From NCBI GenBank assembly GCA_001443005.1, contig LEKQ01000001.1, positions 594,542 to 658,541 on the forward strand: DNA of 64,000 nucleotides, read 5' to 3'. Positions 26,524-34,492 of the stretch are shown here, one piece after another (the stretch's first letter is position 1; each line of letters starts with the position of its first letter). The stretch is from a bacterium GBS-1 (GTDB lineage: Bacteria > Synergistota > GBS-1). The notes beneath the pieces were generated by a model that searched no databases, was not told the DNA's origin, and saw nothing but the letters and a program-made list of their open reading frames with translations. A program made the translations under genes and the position numbers.

Positions 26524-26997
26524 TTAAAAGCACCTTTTTCTGAGATTAAACCTTCTTAAAATGGGCAGAAACATGCCTCCAACGAGAGCTAACGCCCCAA
26601 GAGCGCCGGGCCTGGAGGAGATTTCACAACCGCCGCACCACCAGTCAAAGTCAACCCTTATGCTACGAGGCCCCCACCATGTAGAATGACCGTATTCATC
26701 CTCAACCTTAACGCATACATCGTACCACCCCTCGTACCACACCCTATACCATAGAGTGTCGCTCCACTCCACCTCAACGCCATTCACATACCATGTATAG
26801 TAAATGTAATCACCATCAGGATCATAGGCTTCAACGCGCCCCTTTATGATCGCATATTCATCACACCAATCGTATTCGTAATAATCCACATCCAACCAAA
26901 CGTTCGTTATTATAGGAGGCGAGTTCTGCCCCAAAGCATATCCAGATATACATAAGAGCAAGACAAGGGAAACAAGCGATATCTTAAGCCCCTTCAA
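26524..26997 (-). CDS. small secreted Trp/Tyr-rich PKD/Ig-like-domain protein with a C-terminal hydrophobic anchor or sorting-signal-like tail
   Basis: 157 aa. It has a signal peptide (MKGLKISLVSLVLLLCISGYALG/Q) and an NSPPIITNV...AYDPDGDYIYYTWYVNG pattern like PKD/cadherin-like Ig domains. It contains 11 Trp and 14 Tyr. The tail is CGGCEISSRPGALGALALVGGMFLPILRRFNLRKRCF. The TTG start lies in a TTGA overlap with the upstream stop, 9 nt behind GGGAGG. Confidence 0.6.
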   Translation of the reverse strand: MKGLKISLVSLVLLLCISGYALGQNSPPIITNVWLDVDYYEYDWCDEYAIIKGRVEAYDPDGDYIYYTWYVNGVEVEWSDTLWYRVWYEGWYDVCVKVEDEYGHSTWWGPRSIRVDFDWWCGGCEISSRPGALGALALVGGMFLPILRRFNLRKRCF

Positions 26998-28232
26998 ATG
27001 AAACTTCCTCCCTTAGCGCGTTCCATCAAATCAAGGAGAACTTCAACCACCTTTTGAGCAAACTCAGGATCATTTATGTTGTTATCGAGCTCGTAAACTG
27101 GTATCCCAGGTCTAAGATTAGCCTTTATCGAATCGAAGCAAGCCCTATCAGCCTCAGGATCCCAGAAGGCTTGACCAGGACTGTCAAGCATGGAAACACC
27201 CTTTAGCGGTATAAGCACGGCCACCGGCCCCTTGCTTTCGTTCGCCGCCCTAGCTATCCACTCCCCTATGGCTTTGTTTTCTTCAACGTTCGTCCTAACC
27301 AAGGTGACATTAGGATTCCACTCGTATATCTTTCTGCCCCTATACTTCTCCGGAACCGTATCTTTCGCCCAGAAATTGATCATATCGACACAACCCGGAA
27401 CTAAAACGGCAGGGATACCTCTTCTTGCAGCAGCAAAGAGCCTATCCTTCCCCGCCGATAGAACCCCTCCACCTATCTCATCAGCTAACTCCGTAGTCGT
27501 TATATCAGCCACAGCTGAAACCAAGCCCTGATCAATGAGCATCTCCATGGTTCTCCCACCGGTCCCAGTAGCGTGAAACACCAGTATCTCAAAGCGATCG
27601 CCCAAAAGCTCTTTAACCTTCTCGACGCACGGTGTCGTGTTCCCAAACATGCTTATAACTATAACTGGCTTCTCAGGCTCCTTAAGCATCTCCTCATAGG
27701 CACCATGCTCAAGCATCCCCGCGAGCGCCCCCACGGCGTTCTTATAAATCGCCCTGCTAATCCTATTTAAGCCAGCCACATCAACTATTGAGGGAAACAT
27801 CACTATATCCTTAATCCCAACATATCGAGATACATCTCCACCAGCAACCGTAGACACCATCACCTTAGGAATACCTATGGGCAAAGCTTGCATGGCCGTT
27901 GTGGCTATTATGGTCCCAGCGCTTCCTCCCATACCAAGTATGCCATGAAGATTCCCTTCATCATATAACCTCCTAACTACCTCCTTAAGCCCCTTGGTCA
28001 TCGTATCCATCGCTAAGCTCTTATCCTTTTTCGCCTGGAGCTCCTCTATGCTCACTCCCCCCGCCTTTGCCACCTCTGCCCTCGTTATATCTGGTTCGAA
28101 GAAGGGCTTCCCCATCACACCAAAATCAACCACAATAACCTCAAAACCAGAGCTCTTGAGCAGATCCCTAACGTAGGCAAAATCCTGCCCTTTGGTATCT
28201 AAGGCACCGACTAAAACAACCTTCTTAGTCAT
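26994..28232 (-). CDS. UPF0261 / Tm-1-like ATP-binding-domain protein
   Basis: 412 aa. The N-terminus KKVVLVGALDTKGQDFAYVRD and general layout match my recollection of the UPF0261 family, which is homologous to the N-terminal half of tomato Tm-1. Confidence 0.7.
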   Translation of the reverse strand: MTKKVVLVGALDTKGQDFAYVRDLLKSSGFEVIVVDFGVMGKPFFEPDITRAEVAKAGGVSIEELQAKKDKSLAMDTMTKGLKEVVRRLYDEGNLHGILGMGGSAGTIIATTAMQALPIGIPKVMVSTVAGGDVSRYVGIKDIVMFPSIVDVAGLNRISRAIYKNAVGALAGMLEHGAYEEMLKEPEKPVIVISMFGNTTPCVEKVKELLGDRFEILVFHATGTGGRTMEMLIDQGLVSAVADITTTELADEIGGGVLSAGKDRLFAAARRGIPAVLVPGCVDMINFWAKDTVPEKYRGRKIYEWNPNVTLVRTNVEENKAIGEWIARAANESKGPVAVLIPLKGVSMLDSPGQAFWDPEADRACFDSIKANLRPGIPVYELDNNINDPEFAQKVVEVLLDLMERAKGGSFI

Positions 28233-28247
28233 ACTATCCTCCCTCCC

Positions 28248-29087
28248 CTAACGAGCAAGCCTCAGCGACTTAAAGGCCTCAACCTGCGCTTTTATCGCCC
28301 TCTCTGTAGGCAGGCGCTCGATGCTTGAAGCGCCAAAGAACCCCACGACACCAGGCATCATCGCAAGAGCCTTACCCACATTCTCAGGCTCATCGAAAGG
28401 CCCTCCATGGCATATCACCAGTATATCCTTTCTAACTCTCTTAGCAGCTTCAGCGATAGACATCACCTTCTCAACGGCTTGCTCCAAGGTCATGGCCACA
28501 CCAGCTCCTATCGTACCACCGGTAGTTAAACCAACATGAGCAACGATAACATCAGCACCAGCCTTAACCATCTCAACGGCCTGGTCCTCATCAAACACAT
28601 AGGGTGTGGTAAACATATCAAGCTCATGAGCTATCCTTATCATCTCGATCTCCTTATCATACCCCATACCTGTGGCCTCAAGGTTAGCCCTGAAGTTACC
28701 GTCAATTAGACCAACAGTTGGGAAGTTCTGAACGCCGGAGAAACCCATTTCCTTAAGCTCCCTTAAGAAAACGGGCATAAGCCTAAAGGGATCTGTGCCG
28801 CAAACGCCAGCCAAAACAGGGGTGTTTTTCACAACCGGCAAGACCTCCCTCGCCATCTCAACAACTATAGCGTTAGCATCACCATAGGGCATAAGACCCG
28901 CTAGGGAACCTCTCCCACCCATCCTGAATCGACCAGAATTATAGATAACTATCAGATCTATTCCACCAGCCTCAGCCATCTTCGCGGATATCCCTGTTCC
29001 AGCTCCACCACCCACTATGGGCCTTCCAGCCTCGATCTGAGCGTGAAGGCGAGCTAATATTTCTTCCCTCGTAAAACCGATCTTCAT
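28248..29087 (-). CDS. phosphoenolpyruvate-hydrolase-like TIM-barrel protein (Tm-1 C-terminal-half homologue)
   Basis: Blocks [36 protein letters not shown] and [12 protein letters not shown]. The start ATG at 29087 is 6 nt behind GGGAGGTG; the ORF-track GTG at 29096 lies inside that Shine-Dalgarno sequence. Confidence 0.7.
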   Translation of the reverse strand: MKIGFTREEILARLHAQIEAGRPIVGGGAGTGISAKMAEAGGIDLIVIYNSGRFRMGGRGSLAGLMPYGDANAIVVEMAREVLPVVKNTPVLAGVCGTDPFRLMPVFLRELKEMGFSGVQNFPTVGLIDGNFRANLEATGMGYDKEIEMIRIAHELDMFTTPYVFDEDQAVEMVKAGADVIVAHVGLTTGGTIGAGVAMTLEQAVEKVMSIAEAAKRVRKDILVICHGGPFDEPENVGKALAMMPGVVGFFGASSIERLPTERAIKAQVEAFKSLRLAR

Positions 29088-29162
29088 TAGCAACACCTCC
29101 CTTAAAAAAATCTTTTCTGACTATATTATAAAGCTTAGACAATCTTTATATCAACTTAAAAG

Positions 29163-30035
29163 ATGACAGGATCAAGGAAAGCTGATAAAATATTTAAAGG
29201 AATGAAAAGGCTATTACTCTTCCTAGGGGTCTTTATAGTTTCCTTCTCTGGAATAATGATAAGATTAAGTTCCGCTAACCCCTCTTCTATCGCCTTTTAC
29301 AGATGTCTAATAGCTTCCCTATGCTATGCATTAGCTTTGAGAGGAAGCTTTAAAAGGTTCGACCTTAAGAAGGAATTGCTCCTTTTGGTCGCCGGAGCCT
29401 TCCTTTCCATGCACTTTTTCTTCTGGATAAGCTCCTTCGAACATACTACGGTGGCAGGTGCTGTCATTCCCTTGATGCTTCAGCCCTTCCTAACATCGAT
29501 AATTTCCTTCCTACTTTACAGGGAAAGGGTATCCCCCACTCAAATCCTAGCGACCTTAATAGTCCTTTCAGGAATAACGCTGATGATGTTCTGGGATGCA
29601 AAGGCTTCCATTAGGCTATCCTTTGGAGACTTACTCTCCCTTATAGGAACCGTTTTTTTATGCGGGTTCATCCTAACCGGGAAATACCTAATCCCTAAGA
29701 TTGGAACCCTTAACTTTAACCTGAGAAGCTATGTAATTGCAAGTTTAATTCTCTTTCTAGCAAGTTATGAGAGATCCATGCAGGTCTTTCCGCTAAGAGA
29801 GTGGCTTATATTCTCAGGCCTTGGGGTAGGGTGTTCCTTCTTAGGCTACACGCTAATTAATAATTCCTTAAAGTTCTTCGGCGCAGGCACGATAGCGATG
29901 GCCTTGGTTGGCGAACCCGTGCTTAGCATATTATGGTCCTGGGTCCTTTTGGGCGAGAAAGCAACCTTTCCTCAGTTTTTCGGCCTTCTAACATCTATCG
30001 TCGGAATGATCATCTTCTTTAGAGCGAAGCTTTAA
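29163..30035 (+). CDS. EamA/DMT-family transporter
   Basis: 290 aa with about 10 hydrophobic helices in two similar halves. The start could instead be the Met at 29202. Confidence 0.7.
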   Translation: MTGSRKADKIFKGMKRLLLFLGVFIVSFSGIMIRLSSANPSSIAFYRCLIASLCYALALRGSFKRFDLKKELLLLVAGAFLSMHFFFWISSFEHTTVAGAVIPLMLQPFLTSIISFLLYRERVSPTQILATLIVLSGITLMMFWDAKASIRLSFGDLLSLIGTVFLCGFILTGKYLIPKIGTLNFNLRSYVIASLILFLASYERSMQVFPLREWLIFSGLGVGCSFLGYTLINNSLKFFGAGTIAMALVGEPVLSILWSWVLLGEKATFPQFFGLLTSIVGMIIFFRAKL

Positions 30036-30608
30036 CTTGCTTAATAGAAGGTCAACCTTTCTCTCTAACTCCTTAAGATCACCATCGTTATAGATAACGT
30101 AGTCTGCCAAGCGTTCTTTCTCCTCCAAAGGAAGCTGCTTAGACATCCTATCCCTTATCTCCTCTTCACTCCAACCACGAGATTTCCTTAATCTCTCTAC
30201 AACCACATCGAGGGAAGCAGTAACAACGACTACGAGGTCAACATCATAGGCTCCACCAGCTTCGAAGAGAAGGGGAATTTCAACAACAAGGTCATCGTTC
30301 GCTTTGCGAGCTCTCTCTATCTCTACCTTAATCCTCTCCCTAACTAGGGGGTGAAGCAGGGAGTTCAAAGATGATAGTTTAGAATCATCCTTAAAAACTA
30401 TACCTGCAAGGCTCTTTCTATTCACCTCCCCTCTATCGTCAAATATACAATCGCCGAAAAGCTCCCTAAGCTTGGCTTTAACCCAAGCTTCCCTTAAAAG
30501 CTCATGAACGATATCATCAGCGCTTATGACCTTCAAACCCCTTTCTCTTAATATTCTCGCGACCTCGCTCTTCCCGCAACCTATGCCCCCGGTTAAGCCT
30601 ATTATCAT
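29988..30608 (-). CDS. coaE: dephospho-CoA kinase
   Basis: 206 aa with the P-loop IIGLTGGIGCGKS and the typical CoaE length. Its 3' end overlaps the convergent EamA gene by 48 nt. Confidence 0.88.
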   Translation of the reverse strand: MIIGLTGGIGCGKSEVARILRERGLKVISADDIVHELLREAWVKAKLRELFGDCIFDDRGEVNRKSLAGIVFKDDSKLSSLNSLLHPLVRERIKVEIERARKANDDLVVEIPLLFEAGGAYDVDLVVVVTASLDVVVERLRKSRGWSEEEIRDRMSKQLPLEEKERLADYVIYNDGDLKELERKVDLLLSKLKLRSKEDDHSDDRC

Positions 30609-30609
30609 A

Positions 30610-32493
30610 TTAATCCTCTATAACCATCTTGTGTATAGACCTTATCTCATCGATGAACATAGAAAGAGAGTAAGACATGGTCCTTCCATAGATCCTGCGC
30701 ATCCTACAAGCGGTCATGTATAGTCTATCCATGGCCCTCGTCATTCCAACGTAGCAGAGACGCCTCTCCTCCTCAAGCTCATCACGATTATTGAAGCTCC
30801 TATAAAGCGGGAAAAGCCCCTGCTCCATGCCAACCATAAATACCACTGGGAACTCAAGCCCCTTAGAGGCATGCAACGTCATCATGTTTATCGCATCCTC
30901 AGTGCCCCTCTTAAGGTCCTGATCTGTATATAGAGAGATCTTGTCTAAGAAGGCGGTGAGGGTTAGATGAGGTTCTTCCTCCTCCATACGACTTATAACC
31001 GTTAAAAGCTCCTCAAGGTTCCTTATCCTATCCTCACCCTCATCACCAAGAGAGCGAAGCATATCTATGTAGCCACTTTTTTCAAGAAGCTCTATGAAAA
31101 GCTCCCTCAAGGGAACCTTATCCACCTTCTCCCTGAAACTATCTATCAAGTCAGAGAAAGAGAGCAAGGACTTCTTCACCTTAGACGGTGCTGGAAAGCT
31201 CCTTATACCCTCCCATATGGTTAAATTATTCTCTAACAGATACTCCCTCAGGGAAAGCAACGTTTTCTTCCCTACACCTCTCGAGGGAGTAGAGATGGCT
31301 CTTTCAAGACCTAGAATATCATAGGGCATAACGAGTATTCTCAGATAAGCTAAGGCATCCTTAATCTCCTTCCTCTCATAGAAGCGAACGCCACGGACTA
31401 TCCTATAGGGAAAGCCACTCCTTAAAAAGAGCTCTTCATAAAACCGAGATTGGGCATTGGTTCTATAAAAAAGAGCTATATCCTTGAAGGAATACCCCTC
31501 TTTAGTTAGGGATGATATCTCATCCACGATGAACCTTCCCTCTTCTATATCGCTATCCCCCACGTAGACTACAACCGGTCTACCTCTACCCCTTTCGGTC
31601 CACAGCTTCTTAGGAAATCTACTTTCATTGTTAGCTATAACGCTATTTGCCGCTTCAAGAATCGACTGGGTTGACCGATAGTTTCTTTCAAGGTAAATTA
31701 TCTTAGCATCTGGGAAATCTTCCCTAAAATTAAGTATTATCTTTGGGTCTGCTCCTCTCCAACTATATATAGATTGATCCGGATCACCTACCGCAGTTAG
31801 GTTTCTGCTCCCTGACGATATTATCTTGGTCAAAAGAAACTGAGGCCTATTTATATCCTGATACTCATCGACAAGCACATATTTAAACCTTTTTGTATAC
31901 TTCTCTCTTACGCTGTCCACCCTAAGGAGTTTAAGTGGTTCAAGGAGAAGGTCATCAAAATCAACGAGATAAAGATCTTTTTTCCTTTTCTCATACTCAA
32001 AATATATATCTCCCAAAACCTTATCCTTAGCGGTGTAGGCGATAAACTCCTCTGGAGAAACCATAGAGTTCTTAAGTAAGCTTATTCTGGAAGCACAAAA
32101 CTGAGGAGTTATACCATCCAGCTTGGGGGAAATCTCCCCTATTATCTCCTTTAAAAGCTCCTCTCTGTCATCCTCGTCCAACACTGACACCTTGTGCCCT
32201 TCTGATCTAAGAACCCTAAGCCCGAAGGAGTGAAATGTAGATATAATCATATCCTTTGCCCTTTCACCGACGAGCCTAATGACCCTATCCCTCATCTCAT
32301 CGGCCGCCTTATTAGTGAAGGTAACCGCTAATATCTCCTCTGGAAAGGCAAGCCCCTCAGCCAAGATATAGGCTATCTTATATGTTACTACCCTGGTCTT
32401 ACCGCTACCCGCACCCGCAAGGACTAAAAGGGGCCCCTTCGTATAAGTGACGGCTTCCCTTTGCTCCTCGTTCAACTCCTTAAGAAAGTCCAT
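30610..32493 (-). CDS. UvrD/PcrA-type superfamily 1 DNA helicase
   Basis: 627 aa with LNEEQREAV, motif I VLAGAGSGKT, motif II VDEYQD, and the SWRGA, YRS and LHASKGLEF blocks. Confidence 0.9.
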   Translation of the reverse strand: MDFLKELNEEQREAVTYTKGPLLVLAGAGSGKTRVVTYKIAYILAEGLAFPEEILAVTFTNKAADEMRDRVIRLVGERAKDMIISTFHSFGLRVLRSEGHKVSVLDEDDREELLKEIIGEISPKLDGITPQFCASRISLLKNSMVSPEEFIAYTAKDKVLGDIYFEYEKRKKDLYLVDFDDLLLEPLKLLRVDSVREKYTKRFKYVLVDEYQDINRPQFLLTKIISSGSRNLTAVGDPDQSIYSWRGADPKIILNFREDFPDAKIIYLERNYRSTQSILEAANSVIANNESRFPKKLWTERGRGRPVVVYVGDSDIEEGRFIVDEISSLTKEGYSFKDIALFYRTNAQSRFYEELFLRSGFPYRIVRGVRFYERKEIKDALAYLRILVMPYDILGLERAISTPSRGVGKKTLLSLREYLLENNLTIWEGIRSFPAPSKVKKSLLSFSDLIDSFREKVDKVPLRELFIELLEKSGYIDMLRSLGDEGEDRIRNLEELLTVISRMEEEEPHLTLTAFLDKISLYTDQDLKRGTEDAINMMTLHASKGLEFPVVFMVGMEQGLFPLYRSFNNRDELEEERRLCYVGMTRAMDRLYMTACRMRRIYGRTMSYSLSMFIDEIRSIHKMVIED

Positions 32494-33268
32494 AAACCTC
32501 TGGTGCCCTGTCCTTAAAGACAGGGATCATCTCCCTGACCTCCTTAACCTTATCTACATTTATCTCTGCAAATATGACCGTTTCAATATCGCTCCCACCT
32601 GCTATAATATCGCCCCATGGGTCGATCACCAGAGAGCTTCCACCAAACACCAGGTCACCCTCCTGACCGCACCTATTAACCCCTATAACATAGCATTGAT
32701 TCTCTATAGCTCTTGCCTGAAGCAGTATCTTCCAGTGGTTTATGCGCGCTAACGGCCACTGGGCGGGAACGAAGATAACCTCCGCTCCCTTCAAGGCGAG
32801 CGATCGAAAAAGCTCGGGAAAACGAAGATCATAGCAAATAGTTAAACCGCATTTCACCCCTTCTAGCTCAAAGAGACAAAGATCACTTCCTCGCTCAAAG
32901 ACTCGATCCTCACCCATAAGCCCAAAGAGGTGTATCTTCCTATAAACCCCAAGGAGCTTCCCCATCCTATTAAATACAAAGGAAGTATTATATATTTTAC
33001 CCTTATCAATAAAGGGGATACTGCCTCCAACTACGTTAACGTTATAGTGGCTAGCAATATCCATTAAAAACTTTAAGGTTTTAGGGTTTTCATTTGACGC
33101 AATTTCTCTTAAGTTCTTAATATCGTAGCTCGTGTCCCACATCTCCGGAAGAATCACGATATCGGGGTTCTTCCCTTTCGTCCTCTCAAGTAAAGCTTTT
33201 ACCCTCTGCCTATTGGCCTCTGGATCACCGAGCTTTACATCAAACTGAAACAAAGCCACTTTAAGCAA
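32480..33268 (-). CDS. carbon-nitrogen hydrolase (nitrilase superfamily, omega-amidase-like)
   Basis: 262 aa with catalytic Glu in LPEMWDT, Lys in YRKIHLF and Cys in ICYDLRFPE. Confidence 0.85.
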   Translation of the reverse strand: MLKVALFQFDVKLGDPEANRQRVKALLERTKGKNPDIVILPEMWDTSYDIKNLREIASNENPKTLKFLMDIASHYNVNVVGGSIPFIDKGKIYNTSFVFNRMGKLLGVYRKIHLFGLMGEDRVFERGSDLCLFELEGVKCGLTICYDLRFPELFRSLALKGAEVIFVPAQWPLARINHWKILLQARAIENQCYVIGVNRCGQEGDLVFGGSSLVIDPWGDIIAGGSDIETVIFAEINVDKVKEVREMIPVFKDRAPEVYGLS

Positions 33269-33332
33269 TTTAATTCCCCCCTCTTAGTATTCGAACTCAT
33301 GAAATATTATATCACCTTTTCGCAAGCCCCCG

Positions 33333-33361
33333 TTGACTTTTAGAGCGCTTTAGATTATATT
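33333..33361 (+). promoter_or_regulatory. sigma-70 promoter of the TAXI-TRAP operon
   Basis: TTGACT (33333-33338), a 17-nt spacer, then TATATT (33356-33361). The GGGGGGA Shine-Dalgarno sequence and the ATG at 33393 follow. Confidence 0.5.
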
Positions 33362-33379
33362 GATTTTAAAAGCGCTTTA
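33344..33379. promoter_or_regulatory. two copies of AGCGCTTTA bracketing the -10 box of the TAXI promoter (operator candidates)
   Basis: Copy 1 (33344-33352) lies inside the promoter spacer. Copy 2 (33371-33379) is part of the perfect palindrome AAAGCGCTTT (33369-33378), around the expected transcription start. Confidence 0.4.
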
Positions 33380-33392
33380 AGGGGGGATAAGC

Positions 33393-34394
33393 ATGAAAAG
33401 GTTAGCCTTAGCAATTTTGATCGTTGCTTTAGGGTTCTCGCTGTTTGCAGGTACAAGTTTAGCCCAACTTAAGTTTATAGTCATAGGAACAGGTTCAACA
33501 GGAGGAACCTTCTATCCAGCTGGAACCGTCTTAGCGAACACTTTCAACACTTATCTCAAGGATCTGGGAATCAAGTGGTCAGCGCAGGCATCTGGTGGAA
33601 GCATAGAGAACCTATCGATGCTTTCAAGGAAAGAGATACAAATGGGGATAGCAGGAAGCGCACCAGCCTCTTGGGCATACGAAGGCAAGGAAATGTTCGA
33701 GGGAAAGCCAATTAAAAACATCAGAGCTATAACGACCTTGTGGCCGGAGATGACTCAAGTGATATACAGAAAGGACTCTGGGATAAAGCACTGGAAGGAC
33801 CTCAAAGGAAGAAAAGTAGCTGTTGGTCCTGCGGGAAATCCACACTTCTACATGGCATCGCTCCTTAAGGCAACCGCTGATTTGACCTTTAACGACATAA
33901 TTCCAGAATATATGGGATACGGCGATTCGGTAGAAGCCCTCCAAAGCAGACTTATAGATGCAGCTTACCTTTCCGCTGGAATCCCAACACCTGCCGTAGC
34001 CCAAGCCTACGCAGGTAGAGTTCCAGTAGATATGCTTGAGATATCCGATGAAGAGCTCGATAGACTCCAGAAGATAGCGCCTTTCTATGTTAGAGGCATT
34101 ATACCCAAGGGAACTTATCCAGGACAAGACAGAGACCTTAAGGTGGCCGCTAACCCCACGGTCTTGCTTGTGGAAAAGGACCTACCAGAAGATATAGTCT
34201 ACAAGATGGTCGAGGTTATCTACGCAAAGGCACTAGATGAGATAAGAAAACAGCATAAGGCCTTATCTTACCTGAGCTTAGAAAGCGCAACACAGGTGGG
34301 AGGAATTCCTTTCCATCCTGGCGCCATAAAATTCTACAAGGAAAAGGGAATAAAGGTAAGCGAGGATATAATACCTCCAGAGATGAAGAAGTAA
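33393..34394 (+). CDS. TAXI-family TRAP transporter solute-binding protein
   Basis: 333 aa with a signal peptide and the IGTGSTGGTFYPAG block typical of TAXI/Imp receptors. It is followed by a fused TRAP permease gene. Confidence 0.82.
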   Translation: MKRLALAILIVALGFSLFAGTSLAQLKFIVIGTGSTGGTFYPAGTVLANTFNTYLKDLGIKWSAQASGGSIENLSMLSRKEIQMGIAGSAPASWAYEGKEMFEGKPIKNIRAITTLWPEMTQVIYRKDSGIKHWKDLKGRKVAVGPAGNPHFYMASLLKATADLTFNDIIPEYMGYGDSVEALQSRLIDAAYLSAGIPTPAVAQAYAGRVPVDMLEISDEELDRLQKIAPFYVRGIIPKGTYPGQDRDLKVAANPTVLLVEKDLPEDIVYKMVEVIYAKALDEIRKQHKALSYLSLESATQVGGIPFHPGAIKFYKEKGIKVSEDIIPPEMKK

Positions 34395-34406
34395 ATTAAG
34401 GTAAGT

Positions 34407-34416
34407 AAAGCGCTTT
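34407..34416. promoter_or_regulatory. third copy of the AAAGCGCTTT palindrome, just after the TAXI receptor stop codon
   Basis: An exact 10-bp palindrome 13 nt downstream of the stop at 34394 and 10 nt upstream of the terminator stem. Confidence 0.3.
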
Positions 34417-34422
34417 CTCTCC

Positions 34423-34461
34423 AAAAGGTGGTGTCGCTAGCTTGAACGACACCACCTTTTT
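34423..34461 (+). terminator. canonical intrinsic terminator/attenuator between the TAXI receptor and permease genes
   Basis: AAAAGGTGGTGTCG-ctagcttgaa-CGACACCACCTTTTT: a perfect 10-bp GC-rich stem flanked by an A-tract and a T-tract. TATAAT (34461-34466) follows directly. Confidence 0.65.
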
Positions 34462-34492
34462 ATAATTTTACAGATGAGGGGGAATTAAGGGT

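Noticed and set aside
30610-33268. UvrD-type helicase plus nitrilase-family hydrolase as a candidate defence or novel repair system
   Set aside because: The helicase has ordinary UvrD/PcrA motifs, and the trio with coaE looks like compact housekeeping packing with 14-nt and 1-nt junctions. No nuclease, methylase or toxin-like partner is present.
33624-34127. 167-aa minus-strand ORF inside the TAXI receptor gene
   Set aside because: It is antisense to a gene with a clear promoter, Shine-Dalgarno sequence, signal peptide and family motifs. Its composition is Cys/Trp/Tyr-rich and looks like noise.
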